64,000 nt of DNA from Chrysemys picta bellii (taxonomy: Eukaryota), in NCBI RefSeq assembly GCF_011386835.1, contig NC_088812.1:11842001-11906000 (forward strand), read 5' to 3'. The first letter of the stretch is position 1; each line of letters begins with the position of its first letter. The position numbers were made by a program, and so were the translations under genes. Below are positions 11,705 to 25,214 of this stretch, piece by piece. Under the pieces are notes generated by a model. It saw nothing but the letters and a program-made list of their open reading frames with translations, was not told the DNA's origin and made no database searches.

Positions 11705-14700
11705 ATGTATGCCAAGCGGCTTAAGAGCGACCTGGTGGAGCTGTGCAAGCAGAGGGGGCTGCGCATTGGGAGGTTCACCAAAGAACAGCTCATTGCCCGG
11801 CTGGAGGCGGAAGATCGCGCGAATGAACTGATCCCTGTGTCTCAGGGAAGCAGCCTGGCAAATGCAGCGCAGGCACCAGTGTCTGTCCCAGCTGGGAGTG
11901 GTCAGCCGGCTGCTGAGGGCTTCCCGAGACCCCTCCTTCCTATGCCTAGGGGAAGGGTGGGGAGGAGCCCAGCAAATACCGAGGGCGCCAGCAGGGGATC
12001 CTCCCGGCGAAGCTCGCCGGCCAGCAGAGGATCCTCCCGGCAACGTTCGGCATCTGTGGAGCGGAATTGGCTGGAATGGGAGAAAGAGCTAAAACTGAGA
12101 GAGCTGGAGGATCGTGAACGACAGAGACAGCATGAACGGGAGGAGAATGAGAGACAGCGTCAGCATGAACTGGAACTGGCGAGACTGAGGGGCAGCGAAC
12201 CCCCGGCTGCGGTGAGTGAGGGGGGACCCAGGACTGCACGGAGCTTTGATAAGTGCATCCTGGCCCCACGCAAGGAGGGGGAGGACATGGATGACTTCCT
12301 GGATGCCTTTGAGATGGCCTGCGAGCTGCACCGGGTTGATCCCGCGGACAGACTCCGGGTCCTTACCCCCTTACTGGACCCCAAATCCGTGGCATTGTAC
12401 CGCCAACTGGGAGAGGCAGAGAAAGGGGACTACGAACTATTCAAAAAGGCCCTGCTACGTGAGTTTGGGCTGACTCCTGAGATGTACCGGGAAAGGTTCC
12501 GGAGTCAGGATAAAACCCCTGAGATCTCTTATCTGCAACTAGCCGTCCGCATGGAAAGATACGCCAGCAAGTGGGCTGGTGGGGCCCAGACGAAGGAGGA
12601 CCTGGTTAAACTGCTGGTACTGGAGCAACTGTATGAGCGGTGCCCATCCGACCTGAGGCTGTGGTTGGTGGACAGAAAGCCAGAGAACCCGCGACACGCA
12701 GGGCGGCTGGTCGATGAGTTTGTAAAGAGCCGGTCAGGGGGTGGCAGGGAGGAGCCCCAAAGGAACAGGCCCGCCGCGATGCAGAGAGAGAGTCACCCTG
12801 GGACCTCCCAAAGGGGGAATATGGGGAATCCCCTCCCACGGGGAATGCCCAGCGTCAGGGACAACCGACCGGCTCGAGGGGACCCACGGGACATGAGCTG
12901 CTATTACTGCGGCCGAAGAGGCCACGTTCGGGCCCAGTGCCCCAAGCTCAAGGACAGACTGAGCAGACCGAACCCGCACTGGGTTAACTTGGTAGAGGCC
13001 CAGACGAACGAGGGGCAGGCTTCTCACGCAAGAGGAGCTGGCAGCTTATCAACTGCTCAAGAGAGAGAAGGGCCCCAGGCCAGCTTCTCTGGGGGGCCAG
13101 ATGCTCCGGATTCAAAGTTCTCCGTTTACAGGGTGGGCGCGGGGCTGTCCCTGCGGAGCGAGTGCCTTGTTCCCCTGGAGGTGGATGGGAAGAAAGTTTA
13201 TGGATACTGGGACACGGGCGCAGAGGTGACACTGGCCCGGCCCGAGGTGGTGGCCCCAGATCGGGTGGTGCCCAACACCTTCCTGACCCTGACCGGGGTG
13301 GGCGGGACCCCATTCAAGGTTCCCGTAGCAAGGGTACACCTGAAATGGGGGGCCAAGGAGGGCCCCAAGGATGTGGGAGTGCACCACCATTTGCCCACTG
13401 AGGTGTTGATGGGGGGGGACCTAGAGGACTGGCCAAGCAGCCCCCAGACCGCCTTAGTCGTGACCCGTAGCCAGAGCCGGCGAGGGGCACTACGCCCTAA
13501 CCTTGGGAAGGATGTCACACCGGAGGCACCGAACCCTACCCGGGTAGGGAGGGAACACCCAAGGACAAGGCTCGGGGTGGCTGGGGCTCCCGACCCAGCC
13601 GACGAGAGGGAGCAGGTCCCCATCCCTTCCCCAGCCGCCGAGTTCCAGGCCGAGTTGCAGAAGGACCCCTCCCTGCGGAAGCTAAGGGGCCTGGCTGACC
13701 TCAGTGTGGTACAGACCATGAGGAGAGGATGCAAGGAGAGGTTCCTGTGGGAGAAGGGGTTCCTGTACCGAGAGTGGGCTCCCCCAGGGGAAGTGGAGTC
13801 GTGGGGGATCAGGAGGCAGCTGGTGGTTCCCCAGAAGTTTCGCCACAAGCTACTGTACCTGGCCCATGACATCCCTCTCGCAGGGCACCAGGGGATCCGG
13901 CGAACCAGGCAGAGGCTGCTACAGAACTTTTACTGGCCCGGGGTCTTCACCAACGTCCGGCAGTACTGCCGATCCTGTGACCCCTGCCAGCGGGTGGGGA
14001 CGGCCCGGGACAAGGGAAAAGCAGCGTTGAGACCTTTGCCCATCATAGAGGAGCCTTTCCAGAAGGTGGCCATGGACATAGTGGGACCTCTCAGCAAGAC
14101 GACCCGGTCTGGGAAGAAATACGTCCTGGTGGTGGTAGATTTCGCCACCCGCTACCCCGAGGCAGTGCCCTTATCGTCCATCGAAGCAAACACTGTGGCA
14201 GATGCGCTGCTGACCATTTTCAGCCAAGTGGGGTTCCCCAAGGAAGTCTTGACGGACCAAGGGTCCAACTTCATGTCGGCCCTACTCCGGTGCTTGTGGG
14301 AGAGATGTGGGGTCCGGCACAACTGGGCCTCAGCATATCACCCCCAATCCAACGGGCTGGTGGAGAGGTTCAATGGGACGCTAAAAATGATGCTGAAAAC
14401 ATTTATGAATCAGCACCCGCAGGACTGGGACAAGTACTTACCTCACCTGCTGTTTGCGTACAGGGAGGTACCCCAGGAGTCTACCGGGTTTTCGCCTTTC
14501 GAACTGTTATATGGAAGGCAGGTAAGGGGGCCCCTGGACCTGATGAGAGACGAATGGGAGGGGAAGGCCACTCCTGATGGAGAGTCGGTGGTGGAGTATG
14601 TCCTGACCTTCCGGGAACGACTTGCCGAGCTCATGGACCTGGCCAGGGAGAGTCTGGCCAGAGCCCAGAGGAAGCAGAAGGTCTGGTATGACCGCACAGC

Positions 14701-16363
14701 ACGGGCCCGCGCCTTCGCCACTGGGGATCAGGTGATGGTCCTCATCCCCGTGAGGAAAAACAAACTCCAGGCCGCCTGGGAAGGGCCCTTCAAGGTTGTC
14801 AAGCAACTAAACGAGGTAAACTATGTGGTGGAGCTGTCGAACCGGGCACACCACCGCCGGGTGTACCATGTGAATATGATGAAGCCATATTATGACAGGG
14901 GGAATGTGGTGTTGGCCGTGTGTGAACATTGGGAGGGGCAGGGAGATGACCCTTTAGTAGATCTATTCCCTGGGACAAGAGCTGGCTTCCCCCTGGAAGC
15001 AATTCCCCTCTCTGATCGGCTAACCCCGGCCCAGCGAGCTGAGATCGGAGGGGTGCTGCATCTGTACCAACAGCTGTTTTCCAACCAGCCTGGACGCACT
15101 AATCTGACTGTCCACCGGGTGCAGACAGGATCGCACCCGCCTATAAAATGCTCCCCCTTCCGAGTCACAGGGAAAACTGCTCAGGACCTGGAAAGAGAGG
15201 TCAATGACATGCTGGCTTTGGGGGTGATCCAGCCGTCTTCCAGCCCTTGGGCCTCGCCGGTGGTGCTGGTCCCCAAAAAGGACGGGTCGATCCGGTTCTG
15301 TGTGGACTATCGGAAGCTCAATGCCATCACTGTAGCCGATGCCTACCCCATGCCCAGGCCGGACGAGCTCCTAGACAAGCTGGGAGGTGCTCGGTACCTT
15401 ACCACCATGGATCTTACAAAGGGCTATTGGCAAGTGCCGCTGGATGCAGATGCCAGGCTGAAATCGGCCTTTATCACCCCTCTGGGGCTCTATGAGTTCC
15501 TGACCCTGCCCTTCGGACTCAAGGGAGCACCGGCCACCTTCCAGCGCCTGGTGGATCAGCTACTGAGGGGGATGGAGAGTTTTGCCGTGGCGTATATCGA
15601 TGACATCTGCGTCTTTAGCCAGACCTGGGAGGACCACATGTCCCAGGTTAGACAAGTGCTGGACCGACTCCAGGAGGCTGGGCTGACCGTAAAACCGGAG
15701 AAGTGCAAGGTGGGGATGGCTGAGGTATCCTACCTAGGCCACCGGGTGGGGAGCAGCTGCCTAAAGCCGGAACCAGCCAAAGTGGAGGTGATCAGAGACT
15801 GGCCCGCTCCTCAAACCAAAAAGCAGGTCCAAGCCTTTATTGGGATGGCGGGGTACTATCGAAGGTTCGTGCCCCACTTTAGCGCCATAGCCGCCCCCAT
15901 CACTGAGCTGTGCAAGAAGGGGAAGCCAGACAAGGTGGTCTGGACCGAGGAGTGCCAGGAGGCTCTCCGGGCGCTGAAGGAGGCTCTGGTCAGTGGCCCA
16001 GTTCTGGCAAACCCAGACTTTGACAAGCCCTTTATGGTGTTCACCGACGCCTCAGACACGGGACTGGGGGCGGTGTTAATGCAGGAGGATGAAAAGGGGG
16101 AGAGACACCCCATCGTGTACCTGAGCAAGAAGTTGCTACCCCGGGAGCAGAACCACGCGGACATCGAGAAGGAATGCCTGGCCATGGTGTGGGCCCTCAA
16201 GAAACTAGAGCCATATCTCTTTGGGCGACACTTCACCGTGCACACCGACCACTCTCCCCTGACTTGGCTGCACCAGATGAAAGGAGCCAACGCCAAGCTC
16301 CTGAGATGGAGCCTGCTCCTGCAGGATTATGACATGGACGTGGTCCATGTTGAAGGGACGTGA
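11705..16363 (+). CDS. Gag-Pol polyprotein in a single ORF: SAP-like N-terminus, SCAN-like capsid region, CCHC knuckle, aspartic protease, integrase, RT, RNase H (C-terminus truncated by frameshift)
   Basis: First ATG is at 11705 (the track start at 11690 is GTG). Motifs in order: LKSDLVELCKQRGL...TKEQLIARL; LVLEQLYERCPSDLRLWLVDRKPEN; CYYCGRRGHVRAQC; WDTGAE; H..H/C..C followed by MDIVGP, TDQGSNF, GLVERFNGTLK and WEGPF; YIDDI; FTDASDTGLGAVL. Confidence 0.93.
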   Translation: MYAKRLKSDLVELCKQRGLRIGRFTKEQLIARLEAEDRANELIPVSQGSSLANAAQAPVSVPAGSGQPAAEGFPRPLLPMPRGRVGRSPANTEGASRGSSRRSSPASRGSSRQRSASVERNWLEWEKELKLRELEDRERQRQHEREENERQRQHELELARLRGSEPPAAVSEGGPRTARSFDKCILAPRKEGEDMDDFLDAFEMACELHRVDPADRLRVLTPLLDPKSVALYRQLGEAEKGDYELFKKALLREFGLTPEMYRERFRSQDKTPEISYLQLAVRMERYASKWAGGAQTKEDLVKLLVLEQLYERCPSDLRLWLVDRKPENPRHAGRLVDEFVKSRSGGGREEPQRNRPAAMQRESHPGTSQRGNMGNPLPRGMPSVRDNRPARGDPRDMSCYYCGRRGHVRAQCPKLKDRLSRPNPHWVNLVEAQTNEGQASHARGAGSLSTAQEREGPQASFSGGPDAPDSKFSVYRVGAGLSLRSECLVPLEVDGKKVYGYWDTGAEVTLARPEVVAPDRVVPNTFLTLTGVGGTPFKVPVARVHLKWGAKEGPKDVGVHHHLPTEVLMGGDLEDWPSSPQTALVVTRSQSRRGALRPNLGKDVTPEAPNPTRVGREHPRTRLGVAGAPDPADEREQVPIPSPAAEFQAELQKDPSLRKLRGLADLSVVQTMRRGCKERFLWEKGFLYREWAPPGEVESWGIRRQLVVPQKFRHKLLYLAHDIPLAGHQGIRRTRQRLLQNFYWPGVFTNVRQYCRSCDPCQRVGTARDKGKAALRPLPIIEEPFQKVAMDIVGPLSKTTRSGKKYVLVVVDFATRYPEAVPLSSIEANTVADALLTIFSQVGFPKEVLTDQGSNFMSALLRCLWERCGVRHNWASAYHPQSNGLVERFNGTLKMMLKTFMNQHPQDWDKYLPHLLFAYREVPQESTGFSPFELLYGRQVRGPLDLMRDEWEGKATPDGESVVEYVLTFRERLAELMDLARESLARAQRKQKVWYDRTARARAFATGDQVMVLIPVRKNKLQAAWEGPFKVVKQLNEVNYVVELSNRAHHRRVYHVNMMKPYYDRGNVVLAVCEHWEGQGDDPLVDLFPGTRAGFPLEAIPLSDRLTPAQRAEIGGVLHLYQQLFSNQPGRTNLTVHRVQTGSHPPIKCSPFRVTGKTAQDLEREVNDMLALGVIQPSSSPWASPVVLVPKKDGSIRFCVDYRKLNAITVADAYPMPRPDELLDKLGGARYLTTMDLTKGYWQVPLDADARLKSAFITPLGLYEFLTLPFGLKGAPATFQRLVDQLLRGMESFAVAYIDDICVFSQTWEDHMSQVRQVLDRLQEAGLTVKPEKCKVGMAEVSYLGHRVGSSCLKPEPAKVEVIRDWPAPQTKKQVQAFIGMAGYYRRFVPHFSAIAAPITELCKKGKPDKVVWTEECQEALRALKEALVSGPVLANPDFDKPFMVFTDASDTGLGAVLMQEDEKGERHPIVYLSKKLLPREQNHADIEKECLAMVWALKKLEPYLFGRHFTVHTDHSPLTWLHQMKGANAKLLRWSLLLQDYDMDVVHVEGT

Positions 16364-16465
16364 CAACCTGATAGCGGACGCATTGTCCCGGAGAGGGAGC
16401 CCTGAACTTCCCCAGGTCACTGGGCAGAGTGACCCCGCTCAGTTCAGTCTCGAAGGGGGGAGAGA

Positions 16466-16883
16466 TGTGACGGAGCAGGGAGCGGGGCAGATTTGACCTG
16501 GGAATGTTGCAGGGGGATTGCAGTGGGGATGTGGGACTTCCCTTGAAGGAAGCTACCTGAGCTGTAACCTGAGCCAGGAGGGGGTGGGGAGAATTAACAC
16601 CTTCTGCCCGGGAGACTGAACAAAGGAGAGGAGCAGCAGGAGGAGTTTTGGTTTAGTTTCTGTTTGGGCTGGGTGGTGCAACGCAGGGAACCCCAAGCTG
16701 GGGTCTAAGCTCCCTGAACCTCCCAGAGGGACCTAATTGAGGGGGTCTGGTCGTACCTACACGCTCTGCTTGAGACTGTGTTCCTGTCCTTAAATAAACC
16801 TTCTGCTTTACTGGCTGGTTGAGAGTCACAGTGAATCTCAGGAAGAGGGGTGCAGGGCCCTGACTCCCCCACACTCCGTGACA
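16466..16883 (+). repeat. 3' LTR
   Basis: Copy of 11157-11574 with two substitutions (gctct/gcttt and ggcag/ggaag). Preceded by the PPT gaaggggggagaga. Confidence 0.96.
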
Positions 16884-17118
16884 CCTGGCCCCCTAGACTC
16901 CTTCCCCAGAGCCAGGGACAGAACCCAGGAGTCCTGGCTCCCGGATTCCCTCCCCCTCCCAGAGCCGGGGATAGAATCCAGGAGTCCTGGCTCCTGGACC
17001 CCTAAACCCCCTCCCCGAGCTGGGGATAGAACCCAGGAGTCCTGGCCCCCTAGACTCCCTCCCCAGAGCCACGGACAGAACCCAGGAGTCCTGGCCCCCA
17101 GCCCCCTGCTCTAACCAC
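16884..17118 (-). repeat. SINE-head tandem array, right flank of the LTR element
   Basis: gaacccaggagtcctggc units continue seamlessly from the left-flank array across the TSD. Confidence 0.85.
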
Positions 17119-18744
17119 CTGCTTGGAGCACTGGGGATTTGAGGGGCAGCACTAGCTCTGGGGAGCGTTGAGTGGGGGGAACTGATTGGCAGACCCTGCA
17201 GATGTGCCCCCCAGCCCAGTCCCCAGGCATGTGACATTTTGAGACCCCCCCCCCCCACATCCCCCACCCAGCGCTCCTTCCCCTGCACCCTGGGCTGAAG
17301 TGCCAGCCCCACCCACCCCCACCTCTATCACTCACCCCAGGGGGCAGAACGCTCGTGTCAGACAAGCAGGGCTCAGGCCTGGTACCCGTGGCCACCGCAC
17401 CCGGGCACATGCCTGCAGCATGGAGGGACCCGGGGCAGCTGCTGGGCTCCAACTGCCCTGTCTTGGGGGGAGGCGGGGCTTTATATCTCCTCCCCCCATG
17501 CACCCCACCCCTCACTTTGCTCCCCCAGTGCTGGCGTGCCCCGGTCAGCTCGGGCCTGGTTCAAGTCGACACCACAGGACCTACGGCAGGGGCAGCGTTC
17601 CACCTGGGCTCTGGCAGCGGCATTGAAACCCAGGGGCTAAGCCTGGCCTGGCCTCCGCCCACCGCAGAACCCACGGGCGATGCTCCGGACGGGTGATGCC
17701 CCGGACGGGCGGGTTTGACCTGCCCTTGTGGAGGCACCGGCCTGGGCCCCAGGAGACTGGAGGCAGCTCCCAGCAGGAGCCTGGCCAAGGCCTTCGGGCT
17801 CATCCACACTATTAACAACCCTGGCACCGCCATCCCTGCAGCAGTACGGTCCCACTGCCCACACCACCACCGCTCTACCCCAGAAACCGAGCAGGGACTG
17901 GTGCCCATCTGTACCGCCCCGCTCCTGAGCCCCGAATCCCGGGCAGGGCAGGGGCCGTCTCCCCCCACGGCTGTGTTCTCGGGACACGTGGGTGGAGTTT
18001 CCATTTACCCACCACCACCTGGCACCCGCTCTACCCACTGCTGCCCCCCGAGAGCGCAGCCTCGCCCCCACTCGTGCCGCTCCGAAACGTCCGGCCTGTC
18101 CTGCCGCAGGGCTCCGGCTCGGATGGGGGCCCAGCACGTGGGGGGCTGAGGCTGCGTGGCTGGAGGGTGCAGGGGGGTTGCAGCCAGCAAGGGGGGTGAC
18201 CGGGCTGGAGGAGTGCGAATGGCCGAACCTGCAGGGCCCCTCCCCGGGGCTCAGGATCACACCGTCAATATGCAGCAGAGCTGGCGGGGCAGAACCCAGG
18301 CGTCCTGCACCAGGGCCCCTCTCTCTTCCAGAGCCCCAGGGCCAGCTGCCAGGCCCTGTGCCCCCCCCCCCCCCTCCCGGCCCAGCGCGGGGGCGAGGAT
18401 TCAGTGCCTGCCCCACTTGTTTCAAATCAGAGTGTGGAACGGGCACAATCCGCCTCCCCCAGCCAGGATTAGAGCTAATGGGATTTACCATTTAGCCAAT
18501 ATCCCCTTAAATACAGGACCGGGGGGGGGGGTAAAGCTTCTCTCTGGCTCCGGATCTCCCTGCCCCAGAAGCACCATCGCTCCCCTAAGCTGTTTCTAAT
18601 TAAAGTCAGCCCCAGCCTGTCCATCACCCCTTCCCCAGCCCGCCCAGGGGACCTGGCTTCACTGGCACTGATGGGGGTGGGGGGTGAGGGCACCAGATCC
18701 GGGCCACGTACCAGCTCAGCCCAGGTGCGATGGGGAGTCCCAAC

Positions 18745-19050
18745 CCCCCTGCTCTAACCCACCAGCCCCCACTCCCCTCCCAGAGCAGGGGAGAGAACCC
18801 AGGAGTCCTGGCTCCCAGCCCCCCCTGCTCTAACCCACCAGCCCCCACTCCCCTCCCAGAGCAGGGGAGAGAACCCAGGAGTCCTGGCTCCCAGCCCCCC
18901 CTTGCTCTAATCCACTAGACCCCCACTCCCCTCCCAGAGCAGGGGAGAGAACCCAGGAGTCCTGGCTCCCAGCCCCCCCTGCTCTAACCCACCAGCTCCC
19001 ACTCCCCTCCCAGAGCAGGGGAGAGAACCCAGGAGTCCTGGCTCCCCCCC
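18745..19050 (-). repeat. SINE-head tandem array, about 73-bp unit, about 4 copies
   Basis: Unit gctctaacccaccagcccccactcccctcccagagcaggggagagaacccaggagtcctggctcccagcccc. Confidence 0.85.
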
Positions 19051-19139
19051 GCCTGAGAGAGTAGTTGGGGGTGTCAGTTCCTCTGGCAGCCCCGGGGAAG
19101 TGAAAGAAGCGACACTGGGCCAGCACTACATAAAACATG

Positions 19140-19145
19140 TTTAAT
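19140..19145 (-). terminator. Probable ARF3 polyadenylation signal (ATTAAA)
   Basis: tttaat on + reads ATTAAA on -, about 1.6 kb downstream of the ARF3 stop. No AATAAA was noticed in between. Confidence 0.45.
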
Positions 19146-20770
19146 ATTCAATGGGGGTACAGGGGTCCTCGTGTATCCAACACCCCGAGAGCCGGGGGGG
19201 AGGGGAGAGGCAGGTGGTGCTATACACACGGGCCACGTCCCAGGGCAGAACCACGGGCAACATGTCACACCAAGCAGAGACCGGGGGTATAAATACATGT
19301 GCTGGGGAGGAGCTGACAGTCCGTCCGTCCGTCCGCCCGGGGGGTGTGTGTGTTCTCGTTACAATCACTGTGCTGCACACGGGGAGGGGGTGGGGGGGTC
19401 ACCTGTGAATCGCTGGCCCCTGTTGGCTGGTTAGGTGGCTCCCCAAGCCGGGGGAGTGGGTGAGGCCCAATTTCCCTCCATCTTGGGGGAGAAGGATTGG
19501 AGGGGGTCACATGCATGACTGCTGGGGGGGGCGGGTACAAAGGAAAAATTAATACACTCCTTGCTAACCAGCCCACCAAGAAACAGCCGCTAATTACCCA
19601 GCCCAACCTGAGCTAACGTGCTCCCACCACCGGCCCCTGGGGGACAGGATCCCCAGGGCTACCATCCCTCTGCTGTGGGCAAGTCCGGGGGGCAGTGGGG
19701 GTCCCTGATGCATCTCCCCTAAATCCCTGCTCAGCCCAACAGGCGCCTCTTGGGGTGTCCCCACCGCAGGTGGTCATGATAACGGGAGTGCCCCCCACAG
19801 CCCCCCACGGCTGCCGAGGAGGTGGGCGCTGGGGAACATGGGGGGGCTGCTGCAGGGGGAGGAATCCTCCCTCTTGAAGTGACATGATTTGGTGTGTGGG
19901 GGGGTGAACCTGGGGCCCTTGCTCTGGGGCGACCTCGGGGAGTTATTTAGCAGCTGTGGGTGCCGCCCCAGTGGAGACACAGGGAAGCGCACGGGAACGC
20001 TGGGTCCGGCAGCGTCTGAAACCCGGGGGGGGGGGGGCGAGGCTGGAGGGGCAATTTCCACCATGGTCCCGATTCTGCCACTGAATCCACAGCCCCCCTG
20101 CGCCCCCCTCGGCAACGTTCACCTCCCTTGCACAGAGACTGCACTGGCCGGTCCCCCACCAGCTCTGCCAGCCCCCCCTGGTGCCTGTACAGTGTGGAGC
20201 AGGGGGAGACTGGGGAAAGGGCCACGTTGCCAGCAGGGGGCGCTGCCCTAGCAAGTGATACCAACCCCCCCCCCCACCACCACCCAGATGAAAGATGGAA
20301 CGGGATGAGACCCAAAAACGACTCGCCCGGCTGCCCCCTCCCCCTGCAGTGTCCCCTCCCCCCCAGCACAGACCAGTAGCCCCCCCTACACAGAAGCTTA
20401 AAGCTGCCTTGAGGAATTTACCTCCGTGTCACGTCACAGGGCACCAAGAACAACATAAAAACAACACAAAAGAAAGGCCACTGCTACACGCGGGGCAGTC
20501 GGTGCCCCCCGCCCCGGCGGCAGGGGGCTGCCCCAGCACGGAAGCAGATGCCCCCCGCCCCCCATAAATATTTATATATCGATATATTCATCACACGCGC
20601 ACACACACCGAGATCCGTGCAAACCCCGGGGGAGGGGGGGGGCCAGAACCGAGACCCCAAATCAAACCCACAGCAACCGGTGCCAGAAAGAAAGCAAAAC
20701 CCAACGAGAGGGGGAGGGGGGAGAACCGACGGGTCCTGCCAGCCTGAGAGGGGGTGGGCAGAAGGGCGGC

Positions 20771-23613
<2,843 letters not shown>

Positions 23614-24194
23614 TCAGCTCCACGGCAGGGCTGGGTCGGGCGGGGCATTGGGCGGCTCAGGCCCCGAGTCCCGGCTCGATGCCCGGCTGACCCAGCCCTG
23701 ATCCCCATGTGTTCGACAGCCATGGCCAGCAGCGACAGTCAGGGGCCCCTGCTGGCCCATTGGCTTCAGGCTACCCAGCCCCATGGCTGGGGGCAGAGGG
23801 GAGACCCGCCGGCAATCGGTGAGAAGGATCGGCCTGGAGCCCAGGGCAGCGCCACAGGCTGGTTTTGTGCACCACACAAGGGACCTTTCTCCCTGCGTCA
23901 CAATACTGAAAGGCAGAGCCGGGGGCAGCCGTGCCAGGCCGTGCCCAGCGCCCACCAGGGCCAGCTGACTCGGCTGCCCTCGCTCCCCCTCCACGGAGCG
24001 TCGGCCCCCAAGGCACCGGCAGCAGGGTCACGACACTGCTGCCAGCGAGGGCCAGGAGCAGCACATGCAGGGCTGGGGGCGGAGGGGGGGTCCATCGCAC
24101 AGGCTCTTAATGCTGCGCTAACCAATCAAAATAGCCCTTCCCCCAGCGCCTGCCGACCGCAGCCCCCAGGAGGTGGGTCCAGACCAGCCTTAAC

Positions 24195-24335
24195 ACAGAT
24201 GGGGAAACTGAGGCACTGAGACAGGGACTTACCCAAGGCCATGGCGTCAACAGAAGAATTCCCAGCCTCCAGCCACTAGACCCCACTCCCCTCCCCGAGC
24301 TGGGAACTGAACCCAGGAATCCTGGCTCCCAGCCC
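24195..24335 (-). mobile_element. MIR-like CORE-SINE
   Basis: cagatggggaaactgaggcac...cttacccaaggcc plus the tRNA-like head ccactagaccccactcccc...gaacccaggaatcctggctccc. Confidence 0.7.
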
Positions 24336-25214
24336 CCCACTTCCCCTATGCCTGTACATGGGACCTGCTCAGGGGAAGGGGGCACCGGCACCTCTCACCG
24401 TTCCAGACCATTACTCTCTCGCTGGCGTTTTAGGCCATTCCCTGTCCTCGGGGTATCAGCGCCCCCCTGCCCGCCCACACCAGCGCCTGATGCTTCACCT
24501 CTACAGCCTGCCCATGGCACTGCCAGGGCCCCCCTCAGACGCCCCCGGGCCCAGATGCTCCAGACCCATGAGCCCCCTCCCCCCGTGAGAGCACCGGGCC
24601 CTCCCAGCAGCCCCCAGGACTCCCAGGGCTGCGACCCACCCACCCAAAATGACTAATAATGAAGCACGACAACGCTCCCTGCCTTCCACCCGCAACACTT
24701 CACAAGTGATAAAGGGGGGAGCTCCCCCCAGGAAAACCCACAGGGGGTTCACTCTCTGGTCAGCATGGGGGCAAAACCCCAGGCCCTGCTGCCCCCACCC
24801 GGGAAAGAAGGGCCCCTCGGGGTGGGAGGTAGCCCCCAAGCCTCAGGGGGGACCCTGCTCAGAGAACAGGGCTGCGCTCATTCTTTGGAAGGGCCCTGCC
24901 CCCCCACTGGGCTCTCAGCCCCTTCCACTATTGGGGTCTGCAAATAGGACCCCAAAACCAGCCTCCCCCGGCAGCAGGGGGGCAAGGCCTGCTGCCCCCA
25001 TCGGGATGCTGGCCCCCAGCTGGGCTCCCCGCTCTCCCCGAGGCACACCGCCCCCCCCAGACACCCCACTCTGGATGGGGCCCTGGGGCAAGGGACGTCT
25101 GGGTCCAGCTCCTCTGCTAGTCTGAGACACCCCCACTCCCAGGGCTCCCCAGGCTCAGTGACATGGGGGGACCGGCTGCCCCCCCAGCAACAGGCCCCAC
25201 TGCAGCCCCTGCAC

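Larger units (their letters stand above)
11157..16883 (+). mobile_element. Full-length Gmr1-type Ty3/gypsy LTR retrotransposon (5727 bp)
   Basis: LTRs at 11157-11574 and 16466-16883 (418 bp, TG...CA, 2 mismatches). 5-bp TSD CCTGG at 11152-11156 and 16884-16888. PBS at 11577-11594 and PPT at 16452-16465. Integrase lies upstream of RT/RNase H. Confidence 0.96.

Noticed and set aside
17300-18600. GC-rich ORFs between the LTR element and ARF3
   Set aside because: They show no recognisable protein motifs or consistent exon chain, and stop-poor frames are expected at this GC content.
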